A model generated the notes under the pieces. The model was not told the DNA's origin. It was given only the letters and a program-made list of their open reading frames with translations, and ran no database searches. A stretch of DNA of 64,000 nucleotides from an uncultured Gammaproteobacteria bacterium (GTDB taxonomy: Bacteria > Pseudomonadota > Gammaproteobacteria > CAWCPV01): assembly GCA_963797555.1 (NCBI GenBank), contig CAWCPV010000004.1, positions 416,001 to 480,000 on the forward strand, read 5' to 3'. Shown in pieces: positions 49,899 to 60,367 of the stretch (position 1 is the first letter of the stretch; every line of letters starts with the position of its first letter). The position numbers and the translations under genes were made by a program.

Positions 49899-50771
49899 TT
49901 CGTTCTGGCCCTGGTCCCTTTCCCTCTATTAAATCCAACGCTGGACCGCTTCCGCGCTGTCGTCAGGCCGGGAGTTGAAGCAGATCCTGGCTTGCGGCGC
50001 GTGTTCGTGGACGATGTTGATCAGCTTCTCGAAGAGCAGGAAGTTCTTGGGGATTGATCTCACCCCGGCCCCGATCAGAACACAGTCGTAGCGATTCTGG
50101 TTCAACCGATCCGTAACGGTGGCTGCCGCGGATACGGGATCGGGATCAGTGAGGCATAGCTCCGCCTCGAATCCGAGCGCGTTGAGCTTGGCTACATCCT
50201 GATCCAATCCCTCCTGCAACTTTTTCGCACCCAGATGGGCGATGTAAGCGTTGCCCGGGTCGGAAAAGTCGATTTTGGTGGGATCCATTCCCACGATGAC
50301 AACCTTCTTCGTCATAAGCACTCTCCTTTGGTGGTCTGAGACCGCGACATCGCAAGCGGTCTCCGCTCGCCTACCATTATGAGTAGACCGTGTCCTGGCC
50401 GCCGGACCCTCCGGTTCGCTTCGGACCGAGTGATGCGGCGGGACGAACACGCGCTCGCCTGACACCGGAGTACTGAGGAGGCCGGGCACAGCAGGGCATC
50501 CCTTCCGGAGATAGGTGGACATCGTCCGTCTATCCCCGCACGCGTCCGCGGCGAGTTCGTTCCGCTCAAGACGCGGCTCCCCCGCAGCCTGATGTCCTCG
50601 ACCGCGCCTGATCCTCTGCGATGGCCTCCCATGTGCCTCCCGGTGGTCTGGTCCGCCACCTTTTTGCCGCCTCCCTCTGGGCGGACCGGCTTGCCTGTGC
50701 GACCCTCGGAGGGAACGCCTTGCACTCCAGCGAGAGTCTGACGAGCGCGAGACGGGCTGTCAAGCCGGGCG
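49030..50771. repeat. ~0.84-kb direct duplication (49030-49867 and 49940-50771): gene plus long upstream leader
   Basis: Colinear copies; 4 amino-acid differences in the shared CDS, with more substitutions and small indels in the leader. Confidence 0.92.
49929..50315 (-). CDS. conserved hypothetical protein, copy 2 (intact, 128 aa)
   Basis: ATG at 50315 after RBS; ends ...DSAEAVQRWI*. Confidence 0.85.
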   Translation of the reverse strand: MTKKVVIVGMDPTKIDFSDPGNAYIAHLGAKKLQEGLDQDVAKLNALGFEAELCLTDPDPVSAAATVTDRLNQNRYDCVLIGAGVRSIPKNFLLFEKLINIVHEHAPQARICFNSRPDDSAEAVQRWI

Positions 50772-50951
50772 CGCGGTTTGCGGGCCCGACCGGATGGCCC
50801 GGGCCCCCGGGGATCGGCGAGTGCACCGCGCCAGCAACGGCGCGCGGCGGCCGAGCAGGGCGCCGACGCGGGTCACGCCGGTAAAGCACATGGCGTCGTC
50901 GGCGCCCAGCCGTTGCGTAAGGGCCAGGCCGCTACTGCGGCGGGCCGGTCG

Positions 50952-51165
50952 GGTCCCTTGTGCGCCGCCGAGGACGCGCAGCCTCGCGGGGGGTCGTCGG
51001 CGAGCACTGTCTGAGCCCGGCGCCCCGCCGGGCGAGTTGCGCAGCCGCCCCGTGGGGCGAGCACCGCAGGGCACCCGCAGGGCGGCGCACAGGGTGGCCT
51101 TCTCTTTGGTGACTTTCTCTTGGCCAAACAAGAGAAAGTCACCAGCCGCCGGGCTGCCCCCGGGC
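50952..51165. repeat. structured non-coding interspersed repeat (MITE-like)
   Basis: Contains GGTGACTTTCTCTTG-GCCAAA-CAAGAGAAAGTCACC hairpin (51108-51143), TGTCTGAGC..GCGAGTT and GAGCACCGCAGG blocks, which I recognise from a repeat common in beta/gamma-proteobacterial intergenic DNA. Confidence 0.65.
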
Positions 51166-51386
51166 ATGCCTGCGACCGCGCCGCAGGTCGAGCCTCGCCG
51201 AGTCCCCCTGCAAAGCCGGGGGGGGTTGCCACGCCGTGCGGACTCGGCCCGAGCCTTGGACGCTGTCTAGTGGACGCTTGACCACAGTGGCCGCCTTTGC
51301 TAGAGTCGCTCGCGGAGAGTTGGGCGTTACACCGTTCTTAATCCGGGCAACCGACAACTTCAGTGATTGGAGGAAGGCAAGCCACC

Positions 51387-51770
51387 ATGAGAGAGGATCT
51401 TATCAAGCGCTGTGAGGAGCTTTTTCGATATCTTTCCGCAGGAGATTGGGAGCACGGACTTGCCCTTATTGCACCGGATCTACGCTACACCGTAGCCGAC
51501 GAGAAACCTATGATAGGACCCGAATCGGTCAAGGAGTATCTGACCGAGCTTTCCAAGGCCCTCAGGCCTCTCGAGCACAATGTCCGCAATGCCTGGCAGG
51601 TCGATGACAACACGGTAGTCATGGAAGGTGTGACAGTTTGGGGTCGTCCCGACGGCAGTCAATTCTCGACGCCCTTCTGCGACATTTATGGCTTCGAGAA
51701 TGGGCTTCTCAAGGACTGGCGCGTTTATGTCGTGGGGGGCGGAACTGTCAGCCGCCCGGAAGGGCACTGA
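51387..51770 (+). CDS. SnoaL/NTF2-like family protein
   Basis: GGAGGAAGG RBS; F..L..GD......APD..Y...G...V...L, PFCDIYGFENGL..DWRVY. Confidence 0.85.
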   Translation: MREDLIKRCEELFRYLSAGDWEHGLALIAPDLRYTVADEKPMIGPESVKEYLTELSKALRPLEHNVRNAWQVDDNTVVMEGVTVWGRPDGSQFSTPFCDIYGFENGLLKDWRVYVVGGGTVSRPEGH

Positions 51771-52065
51771 TCGGTCATTTTTCCTTCCCGAGAATTGCCT
51801 TCTTGAAGGCCGCTCGACCGCTTCTTTCGTATCGAAGATCGTTCGGAAGGAGGTGGCGGCGGCTGAGCACTTGTGAAAATCCGTGGAGGGATTCATCCCG
51901 CCCAGATAGGATGATCCGGCCCCACCGGGGCCCGAGTGTCCTGCGCTGCATCCGGAATGTGGTCGGGGCGCAGCGCTGAGTCAGTCACCGGCTCCTCCAC
52001 GCACGAGCCGCTGCCGCTCCCTGTGTTTCGCAGCCCAGTTCCGAGCCTGCCATCGGCCAGCGCCG

Positions 52066-52443
52066 TCATCGAGCCAGCTCCCATCCCAGGTAGACGACCA
52101 AGAAAATCGCCATGGCCGCGACTGCCGTTCCCAGGGCGAGGTTGGGCAGGGTCGCTCGGTACTGCGCGATCTCCTCCGAGTCGATCCGCCGCTCGTGGGC
52201 GAGAAAGCGCCGGGTGGCCAGAGTCACCATGAGCACCGCGAACAGGAGCAGGCCGATGCCCGCGATCTCCGCTGCCGGCGAGGCATGGACGTGCGCCTCG
52301 CCGCCCTGCGCGTGGAAAAGATAGGCGAGGAAGAGGTCGAACCTCTCGATCAGGAACCCTAGCGCCATCAGGGCGATCGCGGTCCGGATCCAGGCGAGGT
52401 AGGTGCGCTCGTTGGCGGCGTGGTCGGTGAAATGCGGGATCAC
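52066..52443 (-). CDS. DUF202/YidH-family membrane protein
   Basis: DHAANERTYLAWIRTAIALMALGF. Confidence 0.9.
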   Translation of the reverse strand: MIPHFTDHAANERTYLAWIRTAIALMALGFLIERFDLFLAYLFHAQGGEAHVHASPAAEIAGIGLLLFAVLMVTLATRRFLAHERRIDSEEIAQYRATLPNLALGTAVAAMAIFLVVYLGWELAR

Positions 52444-52898
52444 GGCTTGCCCTTGCGGGCCTTGGGGATAGTGAGCACCGGCACGTGGGACAGGCGCACG
52501 GTGGTCTCGGTCACGCTGCCGATCATGAGACGGTCCAGTCCCCGTCGGCCGTGGGTGCCGATCACGATGAGGTCGGCAGGCCAGAGGGAGGCTGCCTGGT
52601 CGATGGCCTCGCCGATATGCCGCCCCGCGGTCTCCAGCAGGACCCCATCGGCCTCGACGCCCGCCTGCGGGGCCAGGGTGCGCGCGTCGTCGAGCAGGTT
52701 CTGGCCAGTCGTGTGGACCGACTCGCGGATCTTCTCGATACCGATCCAGCCATGGATGTCCCAGTCGCCCAGGGTTTCATCCACCACGTAAACGAAGCGC
52801 AGGCGGGCAGCTTGCTCTGCGGCGAGCGCAATGGCGTGGCGGCATGCAGCCTGTGCGGTATCGCTACCATCGATGGGAGCCAGTATGCGCGCGTACAT
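52440..52898 (-). CDS. universal stress protein
   Basis: YARILAPIDGS, ADLIVIGTHGRRGL..L.IGSV.E. Confidence 0.93.
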   Translation of the reverse strand: MYARILAPIDGSDTAQAACRHAIALAAEQAARLRFVYVVDETLGDWDIHGWIGIEKIRESVHTTGQNLLDDARTLAPQAGVEADGVLLETAGRHIGEAIDQAASLWPADLIVIGTHGRRGLDRLMIGSVTETTVRLSHVPVLTIPKARKGKP

Positions 52899-53034
52899 CG
52901 GACCTCCTTCTGGTGCGACGTTGCCCGAGGCGCGGCGAGCGTGGACGGAGCCGCCTCCGCTTTAGCGGCGGAGGTCCTCACATCGGCGCACGCCGGCCCG
53001 AGAGTTCGCTCGGTTTCACGACGCCCGGTGCGCC

Positions 53035-53457
53035 TCAGCGCACCGTAAGTACGTCGCAGGTTGCCTGATGGATCACCCGATCCGCAGTCGACCCCAGCAG
53101 CCCGGCCAGACCGTGGTGCCCGCGGGCGCCTACGACAACGAGGTCGGGCCGGCGCTGTTCGATTGCCCGCAGCACCTCCACCTTCGGCCGCCCGCTGACC
53201 ACCACCGCCTCGGCGCCGACTCCTTCACCCTGAAGGAGCGCCACCAAGCGCTCGCGCGCCGCAGCGATCAGTTGCGTCTCGGTCTCGTCCACCGGGGGAA
53301 TCACGTAATCGAGGTCCGGCGGTATCACGTAGTCGACCACGTGCATGACGCTCAACCCAGCGTCCAGCGCTGCGGCGATCTGTGCGGCCCGCCGAACCAC
53401 GGCGCCGCTCCTGTCGCTCAGGTCCACTGCGGCAAGGATGTGCTTATAGACTGGCAC
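53035..53457 (-). CDS. universal stress protein
   Basis: YKHILAAVDLS, DLVVVGARG..GL..LLGSTADRV...CDVLTVR; GTG at 53457 after GAGGGG RBS. Confidence 0.92.
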   Translation of the reverse strand: MPVYKHILAAVDLSDRSGAVVRRAAQIAAALDAGLSVMHVVDYVIPPDLDYVIPPVDETETQLIAAARERLVALLQGEGVGAEAVVVSGRPKVEVLRAIEQRRPDLVVVGARGHHGLAGLLGSTADRVIHQATCDVLTVR

Positions 53458-53955
53458 GGTACACTTCCCCTCTGGTGGGAGCTTGAAGAAGCTCATCCGC
53501 GAGCGTCTTCACCTCGACTCGCCGCGGTACGCGTCCGCGGCCCGCATACCTGCGGCGCCTGGCAGGCTTTCTTCGAGCAAACTGCTCGTGTGATGAAGGT
53601 TGCGGCCCAGTCGCCAAGTGCGTGGCGGCGAACCTTCCCCCGCGCGTGCGCAGCCCAAAAGCCGCGTCCGTCGGCCGGTGCCGACGGGTCCGGTGACCCC
53701 AATCTGCCAAGCCGCAGAGTCCACGGCTAGCATACTCCATCGTTACGCAAATACGCCGGGTCCAAGGGGTGACGGCCGCGGCGCTCTCGGCCAGCGACGG
53801 TATAATGGCCGGCGCGGTTCGCGTTGCCTGTGCGTGGACGTCCAATCCCTCCCAGATTACCGGCGCCAACCGTCGATGCGGGCGGCTGCTGGCAGCATGA
53901 CTGCGGGCAGGCGTTGGACATAGCCCCGAGACGATGGCCCATGGTACGTGGTCCA

Positions 53956-55470
53956 ATGATGTCACTGCTCGCGCGCGTGGGGTCGGCGGTCCAGGCACGC
54001 CGACTCGCCGTGCTGCCGGCGGCGGGCGCCCTGTGCCTGGCCGCCTGCGCTTCCTACGCGCCGCGGCCGCTCAGCACCGCACCGGATCTGGCAGAGGAGG
54101 TCCCGCATTTGAAGGTGGCCGCATCGCGCCTGCCGTTACCCGACCTCCGCGGGCACCCGTTCAATCCGGACGACGGGCTGGACATGGTGGAAGTCGCGAT
54201 CCTGGCCGTCGTGAACAATCCCGACCTGAAAGCGGCGCGCCGCGAGGCGGGGGTCGCCAGGGCCCAGGTCCTTGCGGCGCGCCTCCTGCCGGACCCCCAG
54301 CTTTCCCTGTCGCTGGACGACACCACCGACACCGGTCCCGGTCTCACCAACGCCTACAACGCAGGCATCAGCTACGATCTGCTGGCGCTGGTCACGCGAG
54401 GCGCGCGCATCGATGCCTCTTCCGCCGAACGCAACAAGGTGGACCTGGACATCCTGTGGAAAGAGTGGCAGGTGGTTCAAGAGGCGGAGACGCTCTTCGT
54501 CCAGGCCTACCACCAGCGAGAGAAGCTGGTGCTGCTGCGCGCCTTGCAGTCACTCTATGCCGATCGTTATGCGCGCTCGCGCAAAGCCCTCCGGCAGGGA
54601 AACCTGACCTTGGAGGTGACCGGAACGGATCTGACCGCTCTGCTGGATGCGACGACGCGCGTCGACGGGATGGAGCGCCAGCTCGCGGAGACCGACCACA
54701 AGCTCAATGCGCTGCTGGGGCTGGCACCGGACCTGACCCTTTCCCTGGTTCCGGGCGCCGAGCCGCCGCCGCCGGGGCGCGGGGAAGTGACCGCCGCCCT
54801 CGCGAGTCTGCCGCGGCGCAGACCGGACCTGCTCGCCTTACAGGCTGGTTACCGGAGTCAGGAGGCACGGGTGCGCCAGGCGGTTCTGGAGCAGTTCCCG
54901 GTATTGAACCTGGGCGTCACTGCGGCGCGTGATACGACCAACGTGCACACGATAGGCGTCGGCGTCACCCTGACCCTTCCGTTGCTGGATCGCAACCGCG
55001 GCCGCATCGCCGTGGAGCGGGCGACCCGTGCCCGCCTGCACCAAGAGTACCAGGCCAGGCTGGATCAGGCCCAGGGCGAGGTCCATCAGCTTTGGGTGCA
55101 GCACGAGCTGCTGGCTCGGCACTTGCGGGAGATCACCGCCGAGCTTCCGACGCTCAAAGAAATGGCCGTGCAGGCGCAACGCGCTTACGAGGCCCAGGAC
55201 ATCGGCGCCCTGGTCTACCTGAATCTGGAAAACACCTCGCTGAACATGCAGATCGAGGCGCTCGATTTGCGGCAGTCCTTGCTTGCTACGCGCATAGCGC
55301 TGCAGACGCTGCTGGGACAGGTGCTGTCGGGTCAGCCACCCCCACAGACCGGAACCCTCCCCCCGCCAGCGCCAGGGGAGGGCGAGGATGCGGCGATCTC
55401 CACACCTTCCCGGCATCGGCAGGTGGTTCCGCTCACCCCCGATGCCTTGCGGGCGGGTCGAGGCACGTGA
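53956..55470 (+). CDS. TolC-family outer membrane efflux lipoprotein
   Basis: LAAC lipobox, AV.NNPDL, LPDPQLS, RRPDL; start codon uncertain. Confidence 0.9.
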   Translation: MMSLLARVGSAVQARRLAVLPAAGALCLAACASYAPRPLSTAPDLAEEVPHLKVAASRLPLPDLRGHPFNPDDGLDMVEVAILAVVNNPDLKAARREAGVARAQVLAARLLPDPQLSLSLDDTTDTGPGLTNAYNAGISYDLLALVTRGARIDASSAERNKVDLDILWKEWQVVQEAETLFVQAYHQREKLVLLRALQSLYADRYARSRKALRQGNLTLEVTGTDLTALLDATTRVDGMERQLAETDHKLNALLGLAPDLTLSLVPGAEPPPPGRGEVTAALASLPRRRPDLLALQAGYRSQEARVRQAVLEQFPVLNLGVTAARDTTNVHTIGVGVTLTLPLLDRNRGRIAVERATRARLHQEYQARLDQAQGEVHQLWVQHELLARHLREITAELPTLKEMAVQAQRAYEAQDIGALVYLNLENTSLNMQIEALDLRQSLLATRIALQTLLGQVLSGQPPPQTGTLPPPAPGEGEDAAISTPSRHRQVVPLTPDALRAGRGT

Positions 55471-56535
55471 GGCCACGGGCGCTGCTGCTGGTGACGTTCC
55501 TGGTGTGGCTCTGGACGCCGGACGTTGCGTGGCGGCCGGTTTGGGGCGACGAGCGCCCAGACGCCGGCACGGCTTCCAGCGTGCTCGTCGAGACCCAGGC
55601 GGTGCGCCGGCAGTCGCTGAGCGACACGTTGACCGGGTATGGGCGGCTGCAGCCCGACCCGGACAGCACCGTGAGCGTCAATCTGGCGCGCGAGGGGCTG
55701 GTCGCCCGGCTCTGGGTGCGCTTGGGTCAACTGGTGGCCCCGGGCGCGGCGCTGCTGGAGCTGGATACCGCACCCGGCGAGGCCATGAAGTACGAGCAGG
55801 CGCAGGCGGCGGTTCAATATGCCCGCGGCGAGGCGTCGCGGATGCAACGGCTTTTCTCCCAGCAGCTCGCCACCCGCGACCAGGTCGACAGCGCCAGACG
55901 CGCACTGCAAGACGCCGAGGCGGCCTTGGCCGCACAGCGGAAGCTCGGGGCCGGCCAGGCCCGGGAGGTGGTCCGCGCGCCCTTCGCCGGCATCGTCACC
56001 GACCTCGCGGTCAGGCAGGGCCAGCGCGTCCAGGCGGGCGCCGACGCGCTCATCCTGGCGCCCCAGGAGAACTTGTTGGTGACTCTGGGGGTGGAGCCGG
56101 AGGACGCGCGCCGAGCGGCGGTCGGGATGCCCGTGGTCCTGACGCCCGTCTTCGAAGACGACGTCGAAGATCGCCTCGCGGGTGGCCAACGTCCACGCCA
56201 TGGTCAACCCGAGCACCCGCCTCGTCGACATCCTGGTCAAGATCCCGCCGGCCGATACCCGCGGATTGGTCGTGGGAATGACCCTGAAGGGGGTCATCGA
56301 GGTGGCGACGCGCCGGGTGCTGGCCGTGTCCAGGGCAGCGGTCCTGCGGGACGAGCGAGGCAGCTACCTGTTCATCGTCCAGGGAGGCACGGCGCGCCGC
56401 ATCGCCGTCCGGCCCGGTCTGGAGCAGGGCGACCAGGTCGCCGTCGAGGGACCGCTGAAAGAGGGGGACCGGGTCGTGGTCCTGGGAAACTACGAGCTGC
56501 AGGACGGGATGCGGGTGCGCGAGGCCAGTCGATGA
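55467..56535 (+). CDS. RND efflux periplasmic adaptor (frameshift near 56165)
   Basis: G.V.RL.V.LGQ.V..G..LLEL, VRAPFAGIV, V....GL..GD.V.V.G.L.EGDRVVV.G...LQDG split over two frames. Confidence 0.88.
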
Positions 56536-59500
56536 CGGTCGCCCGCTGGGCTCGTCACCACCGCCGATCGATCCTCTTCATCGTGGCCGTCGCGGCGCTG
56601 GCCGGAGCGGCGGGCGCCTTCAGATTGCCGGTGGCCCTGTTCCCCGACGTGCAGTTCCCCCGCATCGTCGTGGAGCTGGACGCCGGTGACCGTCCCGCCG
56701 AGCAGATGGTATCGGAGATCACGCGGCCGGTGGAGCAGGCGGTGCGGGCGGTGCCCGGGGTGCGCGGCCTGCGTTCCACCACGTCGCGCGGCAGCGCCGA
56801 TCTGTCCATCAATCTCGCGTGGGGAAGCGACATGACGGCGGCCAAGCTGCAAGTGGAGTCGGCCGTCACCCAGACGCTTCCGCAATTGCCGCCGGGCACA
56901 CAGTTCACCGTGCGGCGCATGGACCCCACGGTCTTTCCGGTGGTCGCTTACAGCCTGACGTTCCGACCGGCACACGCTGACCGACTTGCGAAACCTGGCC
57001 GTCCAGCAGCTCGTACCCCTGCTTTCGGCGGTCGACGGCGTCGCGCGCGTCGGAGTCCTGGGGGGAGAGCAGGCGGAATATGGGGCGAGCGTCGATCCGG
57101 CACAGCTCCAGGCCTATGGCCTCACCATGGACGACGTTGTGCAGGCGCTGTCCGCCGCGAACGTGCTGCAGGCGGTCGGTCGGCTGGAGGACCAGTACAA
57201 GCTGTTTCTGGTCCTGTCGGACACGCGGTTCAACGGGCTGGATCAGATTCGCCACACCATTCTGCGCAGCGGCGACAACGGGCTGGTGGAGGTCGGCGAC
57301 ATTGCCGTGGTCACCGAAACCACGGTGCCCCAGTGGCTGCGGGTCACTGCCGGAGGCCGCGATGCCGTGCTGCTGCAGATCTATCAGCAGCCGGGAGGCA
57401 ATACGGTCCAGATCGTACGCGCCATCCAGTCCAGGCTGGAAGCCTTTCACCACAACCTGCCTACAGGCGTGAAGCTCGCCGACTGGTACGACCAGAGCCA
57501 GCTCATCACCGCGTCTGCGCGCAGCGTGCGTGACGCCATCTTGCTCGGCGCCGCTCTGGCCGCCCTGGTCCTGCTCGCATTCTTGCGCAGTGCGCGGAGC
57601 ACCTTGATCGCGTTCCTGGTGGTCCCGGCGATACTGGCGTCCACGGTGCTCCTGCTCTTCGTCCTCGACATGAGCTTCAATCTGATGACGCTCGGCGGCA
57701 TGGCGGCGGCAGTCGGTCTCATCATCGACGACGCCATCGTCATGATCGAGCACATCGTCCGCCGCCTGCGGGGCGGGTCGGGCGAGCGCCCGGAGCGCAT
57801 GCGGGTAGCGGTGCAGGAAATGTTGAGGCCGCTCGCCGGCTCCTCCGCCTCGACCGTCATCATCTTCGTACCGTTGGCTTTCCTGGGGGGAGTCACGGGG
57901 GCGTTCTTCAAGGCGCTCGCCACCACCATGGCGTGTGCCTTGCTTGTCTCCTTCCTGGTCGCCTGGCTTGCGGTGCCGCTGCTGGCCGATCACCTGCTGG
58001 GCGCAGGGGACGCCGACCGAGAGGAGGGCGGACCGCTGCGGCGCCGGCTGGACGGACTGCACCGTGCGCTCCTCGGCCGTGCCCTGGTCCACCCGGGGTG
58101 GCTCGTGGTCGGCGTGTCCATGCTCGTCGGCGGCGGCTACCTGGCTTACCGGCAGGTAGGCTCCGGCTTCATGCCGGCCATCGATGAAGGCGGCTTCGTC
58201 TTGGATTACTGGGCACCCCCGGGCACTTCGCTCACGGAAACCGATCGCCTGCTGCGGCAGGTGGAGGCCATCCTCGCCGCCACGCCCGAGGTGGAGACCT
58301 ATTCGCGGCGCACCGGGGCACAGCTCGGCGGCGGACTCACGGAAGCCAATCAGGGCGATTTCTTCATACGCCTCAAGCCCTTGCCCCGCAGGCCCATCGA
58401 CGGGGTGATGGAGGAGGTCCGCCGCCGGGTCGAGCGGGACGTACCCGGACTCACGGTGGAGACGGCGCAGCTCATGGAAGACCTGATCGGCGACCTCACC
58501 GCAGTGCCTCAGCCCATCGAGGTGAAGCTGTACGGCGATGACCCTCGGCAGCTTCTCTCACTCGCGCCGCGCGTCGCCGAGGCGATCGGCAAAGTCGACG
58601 GCGTGGTCGAGGTGCGCGACGGCATCGTCCTGGCGGGAGATGCCCTGGCCGTCCGCGTGGACCGCACCAAAGCGGCTCTGGAGGGGGTGGACCCGGCGGC
58701 CGTCACCCGGCAGCTCGACGCCTCCCTGAGCGGCGTCGTCACCACCCACGTGCAGCGCGGCATCAGGAGCATCGGCATCCGGGTTTGGATCCCGCAGGCG
58801 CTCAGGTCGACCGTCGAGCAGATTGGAGTGCTGCGGCTGCGCGCCGCCGACGGGCACACGTTTCCTTTGCGGCGCATCGCCTCCATAGACCGTCTCACCG
58901 GGCAGCCGCAGATCACGCGCGAGAACTTGAAACGCATGGTGGCGGTGACCGCCCGTATCAGCGGGCGCGACATGGGATCGGCGGTGCGTGCAGTGCAAGC
59001 CGTGCTGAGCCGCGACGGCCTCATCCCCCGCGGTGTCTACTACGAGCTCGGCGGCCTGTACCAGCAGCAGCAGATCGCCTTCCGGGGGCTGATGGCGGTG
59101 TTCCTGGCCGCCGTCGCACTGGTGTTCCTGCTGCTGTTGTTCCTCTACGAGCGTTTCCGCATCGCGCTCGCCATCCTGGGAATGCCGCTGCTGGCAGTCT
59201 GTGCGGTATTCATCGGCCTGTGGGCGACGGACACGGAGCTCAATATCAGCGCCATGATGGGCATGACTATGGTGGTCGGAATCGTGACCGAGGTCGCGAT
59301 CTTTTACTTTTCGGAATTCCAAGACTTGCGGGACGCCCACCCCGTCGCGGAGGCCCTCATCCTCGCCGGGATCAACCGCCGGAGGCCCATCGCGATGACC
59401 ACCCTGGCCGCCATCCTTGCGCTCCTTCCGCTCGCCCTCGCTCTCGGTCAGGGCGCCGCCATGCAGCAGCCCTTGGCCATCGCCATCATCTCGGGACTGG

Positions 59501-59586
59501 TGGTGCAGTTGCCGCTGGTCCTGCTGGTCATGCCGGTCGTGTACCACGAAGCCTCGAAGCCGCGCCGTAAGCGATCGTCCGGCTGA
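56532..59586 (+). CDS. RND efflux permease, AcrB/CusA family (frameshift near 56965)
   Basis: LPVALFPDVQFP, NLMTLGG.A.AVGLIIDDAIV, RRRPIAMTT, QQPLAIAIISGL. Confidence 0.92.
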
Positions 59587-59785
59587 TCCGAACTCCGGCG
59601 CGTCGGGGTAGCCCGTCGACGGTGATGCCTCATCGGGCCGGTGTCGTCATGCACGACGGACGGACGAAAGCGTGCGGAAACCCGCTTCTCACCGCGTTGG
59701 TTCCAGGCCGCGCTGCCTTTGGGGCTTCGAGAAACGCTGGTCCGACCTCAGCGATGACAAAGACGACGGGGTTACGCACATCCCT

Positions 59786-59880
59786 CGTCATTCCGTACAG
59801 GAGTGTACGGAATCCAGGGGCAAGGATGCCGAGCCATGCCGTCCGTGGCCTCTGGATTCCAGCTTCCCAGCCGGAACGAC
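59786..59880. repeat. CGTCATTCCG...GGAATCCAG / CTGGATTCC palindromic element
   Basis: TTCCGTACA-GGAG-TGTACGGAA hairpin plus inverted GGAATCCAG/CTGGATTCC. Confidence 0.6.
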
Positions 59881-60367
59881 AGCCGAGACCAGGAGTTGTG
59901 TCTAATGGCATGGGTTAACGGTCTGGGTGCTACCATCAGGCCCGCGTACCTGTCCCGGCCTCGCGCGCCAATGAAAAGCGGGTTCGCGAAACCGTCATGG
60001 TCGGCCGGCATGAAAGGGGAAGGCCAACTTGCCCTCAAAGGCCGTGGATGCCGCAGGCGGGCTCGTCCTGACACCGGTTGTACCGCTGGAGCAAGGGGTT
60101 GCTACAGACCAGAGGCGGTTGAGAGGGTCCTGTGCGGAGCAGATCGGGAATTTCTTCTAGGCGCAACGCACCGCAGTGTCTACCATAATTCGGCCATTGG
60201 CTGCGGAGCTGCTGAGAAGCGGTATACGACCAAGAGCGCGTCTCTAAAAGAACCACGTCGCGAAGCTCTGTGTGGCGCCTCGGGGTGGCGTCTCGATCGG
60301 ACGATCGAGACGACCTGAGAGGGGCGCTGTCCAGGTCGGCCGATCGCGAGCAAAGGGGAAAGAATCT

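Noticed and set aside
50620-50730. c-di-GMP-I or guanidine-I riboswitch in the duplicated leader
   Set aside because: Lacks the GAAA tetraloop/receptor arrangement and the ykkC consensus; kept only as an unassigned structured-leader candidate.
48924-50771. Retron or DGR explanation for the duplication
   Set aside because: No reverse transcriptase in the window, and the differences between copies are not confined to adenines.
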